From Phoronis australis (lineage: Eukaryota > Animalia > Phoronida), in contig NMRA01000358.1 of NCBI GenBank assembly GCA_002633005.1, forward strand, positions 373,213-437,212: DNA of 64,000 nucleotides, in the 5' to 3' direction. The notes beneath the pieces are model-generated. The model worked only from the letters and a program-made list of their open reading frames with translations. It was not told the origin of the DNA and did no database searches. Every line of letters begins with the position of its first letter. Position 1 is the first letter of the stretch. The translations under genes and the position numbers were made by a program. Below are positions 12,832 through 24,885 of the stretch, piece by piece.

Positions 12832-15397
12832 AACTCCAAAGATACAGAGGGAGAAGTAGAAAATGCTATTAGGAGGCACAGCGGTAATCACAACGGGTGC
12901 ACATATGAATTAATGTATGGGCCTATACAGGGGACATTACCTGGCTCACTATGCAGTACGCAAAACTTGGGCTCATGCGCCAATATGCAAATCATGTGTA
13001 AAAAAGGCCTCGGAAGAGGCGTTATTTCGAATATAGGCAGGTATGCCTACGGTATTTACAATCTAACTCACACAGCGCGGGCTGCGTTCCGTCGTCGATA
13101 TGATAGGAATCCCGCGAAAACGCAAGACTCACGCCTTCATGAGATTTTGTCATACATTACAGGGAAGCACGTTATCACGCAACCTTTTCTCGGCATTTTC
13201 TAGGGTATACAGAACGCAGTCCTTGTTTCAAGCAATATCGAAGTGTCAGTTCTTTACAAGCCCAGAAATAGTCAAAAACAGCAACATCTTGGCAACATGG
13301 TGGATGCTTCATTTTGTTTAGACCAAGTGCCGAACATAACTGGTGTATGTCTACTGGTGGCGCTTCTCCGGATGACTGCAATCCCACAATCCTTTACGAT
13401 TATGACGTCTGTTGGTATCGTTAAAAAGACCAATGACAGCTCTTTACGGCTTGTACGTCAAGACATTCAACAATCGTATACTGCACATACTGAATCGTAC
13501 TAACAGCTTCGATGACTTTCACATAATATCGTTTAATGAGTATGTTTGTTTTTTAGTCAGTTTATTGTATTTTCTAGATTGCGATAAAAGTAAATATGCA
13601 TCACATCGTCAGCGTAGCCTCGCGAAATGGCAGGCACTGTTGTGATTGGTCAGTGAGGTTAGAACGGTAAATTGTGACATAAAATTAGTAAATTGTGATA
13701 GAATACATAGTTCCCGTTCCATAAGCTACAATTTGTAGCCACACGTGCCGTACTCGTATCTCGGGTCTACGCCAGAACGCGGCCCTTTTGTGTTTTGCTA
13801 CTACTTGTATTTTCCCCCTTTATGATATAAAATGAAAGGGACACAATTATCCTCAATTTTCTACTATAATGAAACTACCATGGCAACAAAAAGATGTGTA
13901 AAGATGACACTGCACAGAATTATTACGAGTTTTAGTCAGTCTCCTGTTTCTTGTGATATGGATGCTCCACCTGAGTTAGCGAGCAGTTCGAGGACTATCA
14001 CAAAGCCTTGTTCGAGTGACGTGAATTTTCATTGTGCGGTATAATCGCGAGCAGCCAACAGAAGTGATGTTTTGTCTCCGTTTTATACTCGATATTTCCC
14101 ACGCTTTTGTGTCTTGGTTCACTCGTTGGTTGTGATATTTTATTTCTGACTCTGACTTTATTAGTTTAGTAAGTGCTGCTGTTCTGATACATGCCATTTT
14201 CAAAGCTATTTAAATCTCAATTTGAAATTACGCTTTTAGGAAATGGTTTCCATAGATATTCTTACTGGTCAAGCTATTCATGAAAATAGTACACGCGACT
14301 GCAGCTAACGCCTAACACTTTCATGGTACCATCCCATCATTTCCATGGTAACTCAGAACATAAAACTTAAAGAAAGCAAACACACACCGCGTCTACCTGT
14401 CGTTGCTTCATCTGTTGCTCTGACACATTCACATTTATTATTCTGTTTAAACAAGTGGTGAATATAATCTTTATATTACTGTCATATGTTTTGTTACCCA
14501 GATGCACTGTATTAGATGCCTAGTGGAATATAAGTACTGTTAGTTGAGTACAAATATAGTAATGTCTAGAAACATGTGGGATGTGATCAGTGTCACTGAC
14601 TGTGTCATAATTTTTTTCTGTCATAAACCACTGAGGCAGTGTCAAAACGGAAATAAACCCTCATCCTGTTTTTGTATTACACACATAACACAAAACGCGT
14701 ATGCGCCTCACTGATTAAACACCACCATTCATGATCCTGTCCTTTCTGTCTTTATCTTTCCTGGCGTATTTCTGAAATGTTTAATTTCTGTTTCCAAGTG
14801 ATCACGTACAATGTATGCAGGCTTGAAATCAGTGCAGAGGAAACATACAGAGAACACCAGTTCGTGTATGTTTGCTTCCGAGGAAGCCACTTGTGACTGG
14901 TGTTATTATTTGTATAAACTGGTCATTAATTAAACTGGTAAGCTTTATCACATACGACTTGTGTTAAAATACCAGGGTTAAAATAGAGTAGTATTGATAT
15001 TTGTTTTACAAAATTCTTGATTCTGACAAACACCTAGCCAAGACAAAGTCTGTCTTTGACTGTCACTTTCGATTCACTTGATTGAGTGGGCTTATTCGTT
15101 GCATTCACAAGTAATTATTTGAGCCCGTAACAGTTGCGTACCTCAAATCATCATCCGTTACCATGCTAAGAATTTGTTGATGGCACACCACGCTTCGTTT
15201 ACCTGTTTGGTAAGTCCAGCGATGCTGATAACAACTTGTGTTTTCACAACCGTACGTCAAACAATATACATTTTCTGAAGAGTCGAGTAAAATGTTACCC
15301 TCTGTGGCAGTTCTGAAGAAATGAAATGAAGATCTAAACCTACTGTACAAGCAGAATATTGTATTTTCTAGGGATACTGAAAAATGCCTGTTGAGAC

Positions 15398-15452
15398 ATG
15401 CGGTCTCGAAATATAACTAGTGTTTTAATTTGTTTGTCGGTTATGTCTCTCG
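15398..15452 (+). CDS. candidate signal-peptide exon 1 of the nAChR gene (MRSRNITSVLICLSVMSL+G)
   Basis: Basic-then-hydrophobic N-terminus. A phase-1 G|GT joins the next exon in frame (E-KSAERRLY), but the donor GTGTTT is weak. Confidence 0.25.
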
Positions 15453-15844
15453 GTGTTTTGCTACATAGCTATACCCCTGAAGAAATTAAAAGGAGATTGT
15501 TTCGACACTACGAGCGAGTCTGCATTAGCAGTCAAACAAAAAGTCCAGTCATGTTTTCAACGAAGTTTACACATGCAATTATCACTTACACATTCTAACT
15601 TGCGGTATCATGTTGTATTCTGTGGAGTCAGTTATGTAGCACCCCTATGTTTTCACTAAAGTGTCAGGTTCATTTATTTATTTATTTAAGTACTTATGCT
15701 ATTGATTCCATATTCTAGTCTTCTAATAATATGGGTGATTAGCAAATAGTCGTAAATTTTTTATTGTTTTCTTATACTGTATTGTATTTTATTGTGCGAT
15801 GGTCCTCAACGAAGCGGTCTTTTAGCATCTCTGGCTTATATATA

Positions 15845-15900
15845 TGCGTATGCGTGCGTGTGTGTGTGTGCGTGTGTGTGTGCGTGTGCGTGTGCGTGTA
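15845..15900. repeat. (TG)n/(TGCG)n microsatellite
   Basis: Read directly. Confidence 0.95.
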
Positions 15901-16006
15901 CTATATATGTATACGAATTCTCGGTAGGATATCGCAGTAGTATTCTATGCATATTAATTTCATTGTGATGTATGCGTTTTACGCAGCGTTCATGTGGCTG
16001 AAGAAT

Positions 16007-16268
16007 CTGTTAAAAGGATACTAAACCATGTTTAGTAATTTTTATGAACCCTCCTTCTGTCACCTGTTAATGCTTCATTGGTATCTCACTTGATTTATAA
16101 AAGCAGGATTCAAATAAAACCACATTCTATCTGTGTCAAAGATTGGATACTATGGTTTTTGTTGGGTTTTATTTCCTTGACAGTTGTCGTGTAACTTGCC
16201 TAAAGCGTAGATCTTGCTTAAGGAGTTTTACTAATAGGCCAACGCCGGGTTTGGTATACTTTTAACAG
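16007..16268. mobile_element. MITE with ~21-bp TIRs, superfamily unassigned
   Basis: CTGTTAAAAGGATACTAAACC versus the reverse complement of the right end, CTGTTAAAAGTATACCAAACC (19/21 match). Confidence 0.65.
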
Positions 16269-19107
16269 GATTATTTGAAGTAGTTACCGAGACAACTATG
16301 TTTGGATTTTCAAAATAGTGCTACTGGTTTTGACACATTAGTTTTTGGTTTTAGTTCTTAACTAATGCAAATCTACTGTAAACATAACTCAATGCAATAC
16401 GTTGTTTCTCTTTATGTGACCCTGTTTTTTATTGGCTAACGTAAACCATATTAGCTAAACATTAACCAATGAGAATAGTGCTTAATTCACAATCTGGAAT
16501 GACGTACTTAGACAATAAACCCACTTATATAGAATAACCCCAATTTAAAACGTTAATAAATCTGTTAATTCGCAATTTGGGGCTGGGCAACCCACAAAGC
16601 TGTGATCAGTGATAGTTTGGGACTTTGGGTGTTTGTGATACCTGCTGTATTGGTTCTAACATGACTTTGGCTGGAAAAGTTCAGGACTCAATTCGCGCAC
16701 CTTATTATCGATGTTTCATTACACGCTTAGCATCAGATGTGCTTAGCTCAACTGGACAGTGTAATTGGTTTCTGCAAAGTTGACTAAATTAAAGAGCTGT
16801 TAACAACTTTCCCAATGAATGTAATTGCGCTCAACAACATCTATTATAAAAAACCACGTGTTAGGTATAGTTTTGCATTATTATTCTCCACGAGTTGAAG
16901 AGGCACGTCGAAAACGACATCCGACTTCATGGTAAACATTCATGTCATTTCATGTACTACAGCTAGGTTATATAATTAGAATTATGACGGACCAGTCAGC
17001 AGAATGCATCAACTCAATTATAGAGCTAGTTGAGTAACCGCATATTGCTTTGTTCGAGAATCTTGACCTTTCTCTTTTGCAAAGTGCGTCGACTTTGAGT
17101 TTTTCGTACATCAGATTTATCGGCCTAACTTGGTGTTGATGAATAGTCAGCTCAATCTTTTAACTTGTGTTGATCATCTCGCTCTAATTCATATTTGTTA
17201 GATTTATTGACGCAGTTTTGTACCAAACGCATTTGCTTTGTTCTGATGTTTTTTCGTGACACTGCAGTCTAATCCAGACTCTCAATATCCAGACTCTTAA
17301 ATTGTATAGTATTACTCACCAACAGCATGTACAGGTCCTCATTTCAGTTTTAGATGGTCAACAAAAGCCGAAGAGTATTTTGGCTAACAGCACAAGGTAC
17401 TAAGTTGTTTTAATAGATGTACAATTAAAGTGCTCCCACTGCTGTTTATCGCTCAAGCATTCACGAATTTGCGATTCATGACCATTTCCAACAAACCGAT
17501 GTCTACATACTATAAATGGCATGCTCAGAAGTATCTGTGATGTAACTGCTGTCACCGTTAATTGCTCGCAGTGTCAGAAATGTGTGAACTGAAAGTATAT
17601 TAAATTCTCTCGGTAATACGGAACTACCGCATAAAATTTCAACCTAAAAAACTACTAAAGATGTGTTTGTTCCTTAGCCACATGCTTCTTAAGTAATGAC
17701 ATTCATGACAAAATATGAATGCTCATTCCCTCAAAATCGCAACAGTTTTATTGTAACATGATAATGAATTTGATTTTCACAGCTACCGATATTTTCATGG
17801 CGGACAAAATACATTTCAGGCGAAACGTCCCTCGGATTTTTTGAATAAGCGCATTATTATTTCCAAAGCGACGAAGCCCTCACCCTTTCTTCAAAAGGTA
17901 AAAAGATCGCTTAAAAATTCGTAATTATTCACACTGTCGACATTTTTACTGATAGCAAAAACCGATGCGTACGCCTCCTAGAGCATAAAATAAAACAAAT
18001 GTCTCACAGACGATCGTCTGCTCTGTAAGTTGGCAGTGGACATACCTGTAGTAGAGGTTACCTCGTTTGCTCGTGTGCATAGTGAACAGTTTGAAATGCT
18101 AATGTGAGGTAATCACTTCTTACCATGTAACCTACATCTGCTTTCTGTGATACTTTGGATTACCGGTTTTTCGGAATCCTTCGTGTACATGTATTTGCGC
18201 CTACCCGTACAAAAGCGGAGCAATGCGAAGGACGGTGCTGCACAACCGTTTTTTCGGTTGATGTTAATTCACAGCAGGGTGTTGATAAATGATCATCAGT
18301 CTGATCGTAAAGCATAACATCATTCATGGAAACATCTTTTGATCGCTTATCATTGCTCAATGATAACAATCATCATGTAAATTATCATGGGATGTCGACC
18401 GTTAATTAAAATTCTTAAATACTATTCGTATGAATTCTTAGAAATCTTTTACGGTAAATTATGATCACCGGAAATTGGCTATGTCCTGTTGTTTAGCTCG
18501 CGCCAACATAAATAACCCGCCGCAAACGTATCTTTCGCATATTATTGATCTTGATAGTTATGTGTTGGGCTTACCTGGGAGGTTTTGCTATATTGACAAA
18601 GCAAGTACAATAGGCGAATGTGGCAAACTTGAAAATCAACCCCATGCAAATAGCCATGCCGGTTCACGAGGCAACTCCTACGCTACCATCTGGGGTTTTG
18701 TTACTCCAGCGCCTAAGTGAACTTAAGCCAGGCTGCGACCAACCCGTCCTAATCGATTCACGAATCAATGCACGTGGCTTAGCCGCGCTGCTGAAAAAAA
18801 CATATTCGCTAATTGCACTGATAATGCATCGATCCTAAAAATTTGAAGACGGCTAACATTCACTTTTCAATTTTTAAAAAAGCAGTGTTTTGTCGTTTGC
18901 CTTACTTATTGTTCGTTTTTTTACTTTGAAACTTGTACGCTAAGCAGCATCATAGTGAGAATGGGAATTCCTCTCTGGGTTTGGTTGGCCCATGTTAACA
19001 TTGTTTCACTGCACTGAGACATTGTTTATACAATGTACCTGTTTTAATGATTCTGTTGGCTGTGTCTGCCTTTCTTGTGAGAAGACATTCAGGAACCATT
19101 TTTGAAG

Positions 19108-19254
19108 CAGTGGCGGATTTAGGGCGGGGAGAGGGGGCAAGGGGCCATGCCCCCAAAATTTTCCCAGATTCCATTTAGCAGTTCAGGGGTGCAAATTTCT
19201 GGCTAATACTCAGCATGTACATGCCCTTAACTCAAAATCCTGGATCCGCCCCTG
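19108..19254. mobile_element. CAGTGGCGGAT-family MITE (5-bp TSD, hAT5-like)
   Basis: CAGTGGCGGATTTAGG...CCTGGATCCGCCCCTG, flanks TGAAG/TGAAA. Confidence 0.8.
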
Positions 19255-19550
19255 TGAAAATTTCAAAATTGGCCACAAAATAATACATTTACAACTTGTG
19301 CTAGCTTTAAATCCGAGTGCTTTTAATACAGTACGCTGTCCAAAAACGCATGGCTCACAAACAGTGACATGTTTCTGCCATAAGTGTAATCTGGCTTTAG
19401 AGTAAAATCTTACGGAACTCATATTTCACGTACATTTTGGGGTTCGATATTTCGCACAATGAACACCCTGGTAAATATTTTTAAATGGTATAGATGTGGA
19501 CTGATGGTGCTAAATCTGCACATAACCACCTTTATATTCTGTAATTTCAG

Positions 19551-19681
19551 AAAAATCAGCAGAGAGAAGATTGTATGAAAAGCTCACGACAGGGTACAAC
19601 CCTAAGATACGACCACTGAAGAACAGTTCTCACAGTGTTACTGTTAAAGTTGGCATCACATTGGCACAGTTGTTGACATTG
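19551..19681 (+). CDS. nicotinic acetylcholine receptor alpha-type subunit, coding exon (N-terminal helix/beta1): KSAERRLYEKLTTGYNPKIRPLKNSSHSVTVKVGITLAQLLTL
   Basis: tttcag acceptor and gtgagt donor; 131 nt, phase 1 to 0. Matches the nAChR motif ExRLxxxLxxxYNxxxRP...V.V...L.QL. Confidence 0.95.
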
Positions 19682-22600
19682 GTGAGTGAACTCAAACAAT
19701 CAGAGTACCCGAACTGGCTCAACGGGTAAGTGATAACAATGAAGCCTCAGCGCTCCAGAGATACCGGTACTTAGGTCGTGTGGTTTACGCACGACTGTAC
19801 AATGTAGATCAAGAGGCGCAATGATATTCACGTTTGACGGTATTCTTTGAGGGTGTCACTGACAAGCGGCGGTGCACAAACACAAAGTCTAGTCGTCCAT
19901 AGTGTCGTTCAGGCAGGTTAAACCTTCGTGGTTACATTTTAACAGAGGAACAACAATTGCAATAAGGATCATTTTTCTTTTCTTCTGTTGTAGTTAACCG
20001 GTTTTTGTCGTTCAATTTTCAATAGCAGATTTAGTTTTGATAGGTGATCAGTGAAATGAACCCTGAGTGGCCTACGCACGTCTGGTACACGTGTACCAGG
20101 CAGTCTGTAATTATTTTTTTAGTTTTTATATCCTGCACTGTCTAAAATGGGCTGGAAAAAGGTGCCTCGAACAGACAGTGACAACCATCTCTGTAATTGG
20201 ATCTGAGCCCCCCACAAACACACTAACACTACACACGTTTAAATCTTGTTTCAGCCGTATAATGTTAATTACCGGGGTTAATTAATAAATTCAATATTTC
20301 CCTACGCTGTTGCTGTTTTATTTTTTGCGGCAGCAAAGCCCCCCCCCCCCCAAATGCGCCTATGCCTACCGATTCTATGTAAAAAGTATTTGTTGAAAAC
20401 TTGTTTATAAACAATTATGTTTTATTTAAGACTAACTTTGTTTTGGAACTCAGTGGTTCACTTCCATGTGACCGTTATCAGCCGCAAAATAATACATAGA
20501 TTTGCATTTATCGTAGAGTTTTCTAGTACAATCCTGTGTATTGGTACATACTTAGGATTTCCATTGTTCACTGAAGTGTTCTTACCGTAACCTTTAAGGC
20601 GTCAATACAATCCGTTTATTAGGGAAACAAGCTGTCAGCAAAGTTCTGCAATAGGTGTAGTGGAATGCACATTACACGACAATTCTAAACCTAAGATTTT
20701 TTTATGTTTACAAACAATTAATACGAGCCCATTAGGTGCTTCCAAGGCAGTGCAGCGCATGAAGGTACATGTATAACGGAATAGTGCGGCGCTTAGGGCA
20801 GTAGTGTACAGAAGGGGTGGGGGGCGCTAGGGTGACGGGACCACGGCCCCGGGACATCCACTATGAATCACCATGAATAAACCTATTTTCGTGCCTTATC
20901 TATTTTACTTTTATTGGTATCATATATCGCACCGGGCACCACCAAACCTCTGCGCAGTGCTCACCCAGGGCCAGGAATTCAATTAAGTATCCATTTTGTG
21001 TACCCTATGCTTGATTAGGGGTTGAAAGATATATATACAATCGTTTTTTTATTTCAATTGAACAAATGCATATTTTCTAGGGTTTACAGCTAGCACCTTC
21101 TAACCAAGATTTATTAGTAAACATGGATGATCATGGCAGATTCTAATTCTGCACTCGCCTCCCCAAAAACTTGCAGGCGTACCGCAGGGGCCAGAAGAGA
21201 AAACAGAAACACATGTAGCAGAGACAGAATCTAATAAAAATTGCCAAGTACCGTTAGTGCTGGACACCTCAGACAGGAGGCCTCCAGTTCTTAATGAGTC
21301 ATGTATAGCTCGAAAAAGTCCCGAGAAAACATAATATGCACAGGACTAGTTTTCCCGAGCAAACTGATTCAGCGTTCAGCGTTTTAAACCCAGTACTTCA
21401 ATTTTCAGGGAACATACAACAGTACCCCCCCCCCGTTGAAACTGTATTTTACTTGATAACAATTGAGAACCTGACGGAGAAGATCCGTGATGATAACATC
21501 AGTTGCTGCTAATTTCCTGCCCTTGAAATTAGATGTCTTTTCATATTTAAGGGCCCAGTCATAGAAGAGGACCAGTTAATCCATAGCCACATTCTTCTGT
21601 TTTTTTCCGTTTACCACTCGTGGAGGCCCCCAACAATGGAATCAGTTGACTCTTTTCCTGTTTTTGTGAAGTAGTACAACCTGTTAAGGAAGGTTACCTC
21701 TCAAAGAGTCTCTCGATGAATTTATACTGCTAAAACAGTCGTCGGTCTTCACCCGGAGTCTTAGACTTCAAGCCGACTGAAGCGTCTTAGTTTTTACAAA
21801 TGGTAATTTAGTTTTACATTCGAGACTTTTAAACAATTGTCTGACTATCCTCAATGAATATCAATTTCGCTCAATAATTCTGATGTTGCATGTTCGTTAG
21901 TGGGTATTTGCTACCTCAACTCTTGTAAAACACACTTGAATAGACGGCCTTGTTATTCAATCGTTCCCGCATGAATTTCAATTCCGACTTCGCGTTAAAT
22001 CTAAAATGGCGGAATGACAATCGGCTCCAAATCAAGTCAAGTGGGGATTTTCCCCGTAATAACTGTTGAAATTAAAGACGTGCAACTAGGTCTTTAATAC
22101 TCACTGGAATAATTTTCCGTTTGAATGCTAAAGTCAATAATGGTAATCTTGGGAATGAAGCAAACAGCCGTGGAAGTAGCTTTGTCGTGTTTGATGATCC
22201 AATTACGAGGAGCGTCACATTCTGAAAATGCACCATGGAGAGAAATAGCAACAGTATTTTGAACATTACTAAAATATGTAGAGTGAACACAATCACTCAT
22301 TTGAAAAAAATGGATGAGATAAGCCTTTGTTGCTTATTTTCTTCATTTGTAATGAGCTGCTCAGCAATACTAATGTGACTGTGGTTAGTGTAGTGAACTG
22401 TCAATCAAAAATCGTGGATTATGTCATGAGCAAAGCACTGAAGGTTGCGCAAGATCCCAGGAAAGTGTCCAAATTTGCATAACTTCAAAACACGATATCT
22501 ACGAAATGGCCACTTAAGATTCAAATGAAACTTTCAGATATTGTGCTTCATACACCATTCTCCACATTTCTAGTATGAATTGTTTTTAAAATATTCCAAT

Positions 22601-22789
22601 TTTGCATGATGGGCTATTAAAAATCTGACTCTTGTGATTTTCATGAAAAAACAAAATTGAATACACGAAAACGGAGTGATAGTTTAAATGACTGCAACGG
22701 TGTTTTTTGAGAGTTTAGCTTAGACAGTTATATCAAACGAAATTTGGCCATGTCATTTATGTCGCTGACGACTTGTTGGGCCATAGTGT

Positions 22790-24077
22790 TTGAGCACCGG
22801 CCAACCCATTTTAGGTCGGGTCAACCAATTTCCTGGGTGCGACCATCTGGCTTTGAGGTACCGGCCAACCCGTTTTGATGTCCGAGCACCAAGTTAGAAC
22901 ACCGTCCATTGGGCTTTGCAGTCCATCCAGCTGGTTCTGTAGTCCGGGCAAGTGGTTTTAAAGGCAGACCGATTGCTGTTTCCCCCTTGAGGTCCTACTT
23001 ACTTAAACAGTAGTTTCTGTACCACCTTGACTGGGATTTAACCTGCATCGGACAAGCGTCTCATCCAGGACGGAATTGAACGATCAGCACCCACGTCCCG
23101 CAACTGAAACGAAGTTAATGGAGAGCTTCAGCTACACGTTAAGCGCGAACGCGAACGTATGACAAAGTCGGCATTCTTAGCTACGGGACCTGCTGGGAAA
23201 TATCCGAAGTCGTCACGACCTCGCCACTTTAGTCAAGTCCACAATAAACTTATCAAAGTTTGGCTCACCGGCCTGGCCACTAGACGACGAGCTGTCCTCT
23301 CAACTGGGTGTCAAACTTAGCCTGTATTGATCCCCACTACTCAACATCGCTGCAGAGCTGCTTACAGGCTCTGGACACAGGGCGAATCACTGCTAGTTCC
23401 CGAAATTCCACGCTCTTGGGTACGTTTGGAGGCACGGGTGACAGTAGATGAAGCGCCTCCAGTCACTGTAGAGGCCACAGCTTGCGAGGCTACTAGCTTC
23501 ACAAATGAACTTCCCGGGGGTGGCGACGGGGCACTACCGGCAATCAACAGCGACAGACTACCTTCTTCAGGCGTAGTTTTGCAGGAACCTTCATCAATTC
23601 CGCATACATATTTCTTTCGTAATCCAACGGCAGAAAATACATGCCACACACTCGATAATTCTCCACTGCTTTTTACGTTGCGTGGACGGTAACGCTGCTT
23701 TCTTCAAACGAACGTGCCAAGTACCGCGGAGCGCGTCATCTTTCGGAAAGCAGTGTAATGGCATACCCAAAGTGCACGAGACGATAAGGAGTACACCCCG
23801 GTACGCAGAAACAGTGTGGCATGTTGGCTGACTCGTAAAGAAATGCAAACGACAACCGAACTTATTACAACCGAGGTAAAACAATGACTGACTCGACCGG
23901 TCAGACTATATGAAAACGAAATGGCGGGAAATTCTTAACCCCCTAAACGTCACGTCCGGAGTAAGGCACGACTGATAAATAAAACTACAGGAAGCTGTTA
24001 TTAACTGAAACAAATGTCTGAGATAATCAACGAACCGTATTTTACTAAAAATGACATGAAAAAGTTTGCCTTCTCCT
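22790..24077 (-). mobile_element. Kolobok-like DNA transposon relic with decayed THAP-domain ORF
   Basis: Terminus GCCTTCTCCT followed by TTAA (24078-24081). The minus strand reads YLGCNK...LHCFPKDDALRGTW and, after a frameshift, FLPLDYERNMYAELMKVPAKLRLKK (THAP-like). The other end was not found. Confidence 0.6.
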
Positions 24078-24885
24078 TTAAATTACCACAGACAGAAGTC
24101 GAATTTGTTCGGCAAAGATCGGTGAAACACGCGCCTCCAGTGTATGCGATCGTCTGCGCTCATTGTTCGTTCGTTCGCAAGAGGAATTGAGTTAAAGAAT
24201 GAATGTACATTCACGGAGAGAAATTGAAGGGGTACAGTGTACAGTGCAAGATTCTGAGAATGGTGTGCGGCACGAACTTTTTTAGCCAACGATTTGGAAT
24301 TTATTTTTGGCGATGTGGGATTTTTGCCAAGTCATCAAATGCTATTTGGCGTTAATGTTGGTGTCGAGCAATGCATTATGTAACCCCTGCCAGAGTTTTG
24401 ACCCCTCCCCCTTTCCCCGTAGACACTCATTTCCCCCATTTGGTCACCCTGTTGAATACTTCTGGCAACGATAATGGTGACTGGGTCAAGGCACTAAACT
24501 GCTCAACAATTCAGAGCCACGACTTTTGGAAATTTCATTGATCCCGAAATTTATACAACACAATAGAAGCACTGTTTGCTATCACAAACACCAGTGAATA
24601 ATAATGTACTTGAAACACAGGGATCTTGCTCGTTTGTCATAGGCGTCAAATTTTTTTTTATTTTGAAAATTGTGTAGTTTATCATCCACATTCAACATGA
24701 GTAGCCCCAGTAAGTGAAAGTAATCTTACAAGATCGCCAAATCCGACAGTCTGTAATTTTCTTGTTGACTACAGCGCCACCACTTAACTGGGCGCCTGTG
24801 TATGTAGCCGAACAAAAATGGAACACAATAAATAGGCGAGAGTTAACTCGTGTCCTTTCGTTATTCACACGTCCGCGTTCGCGTT

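Noticed and set aside
14868-14937. Coding exon 1 ending at the strong donor GTAAGC (14938)
   Set aside because: The phase-1 frame has TAA just upstream of the donor; it could only be a UTR exon.
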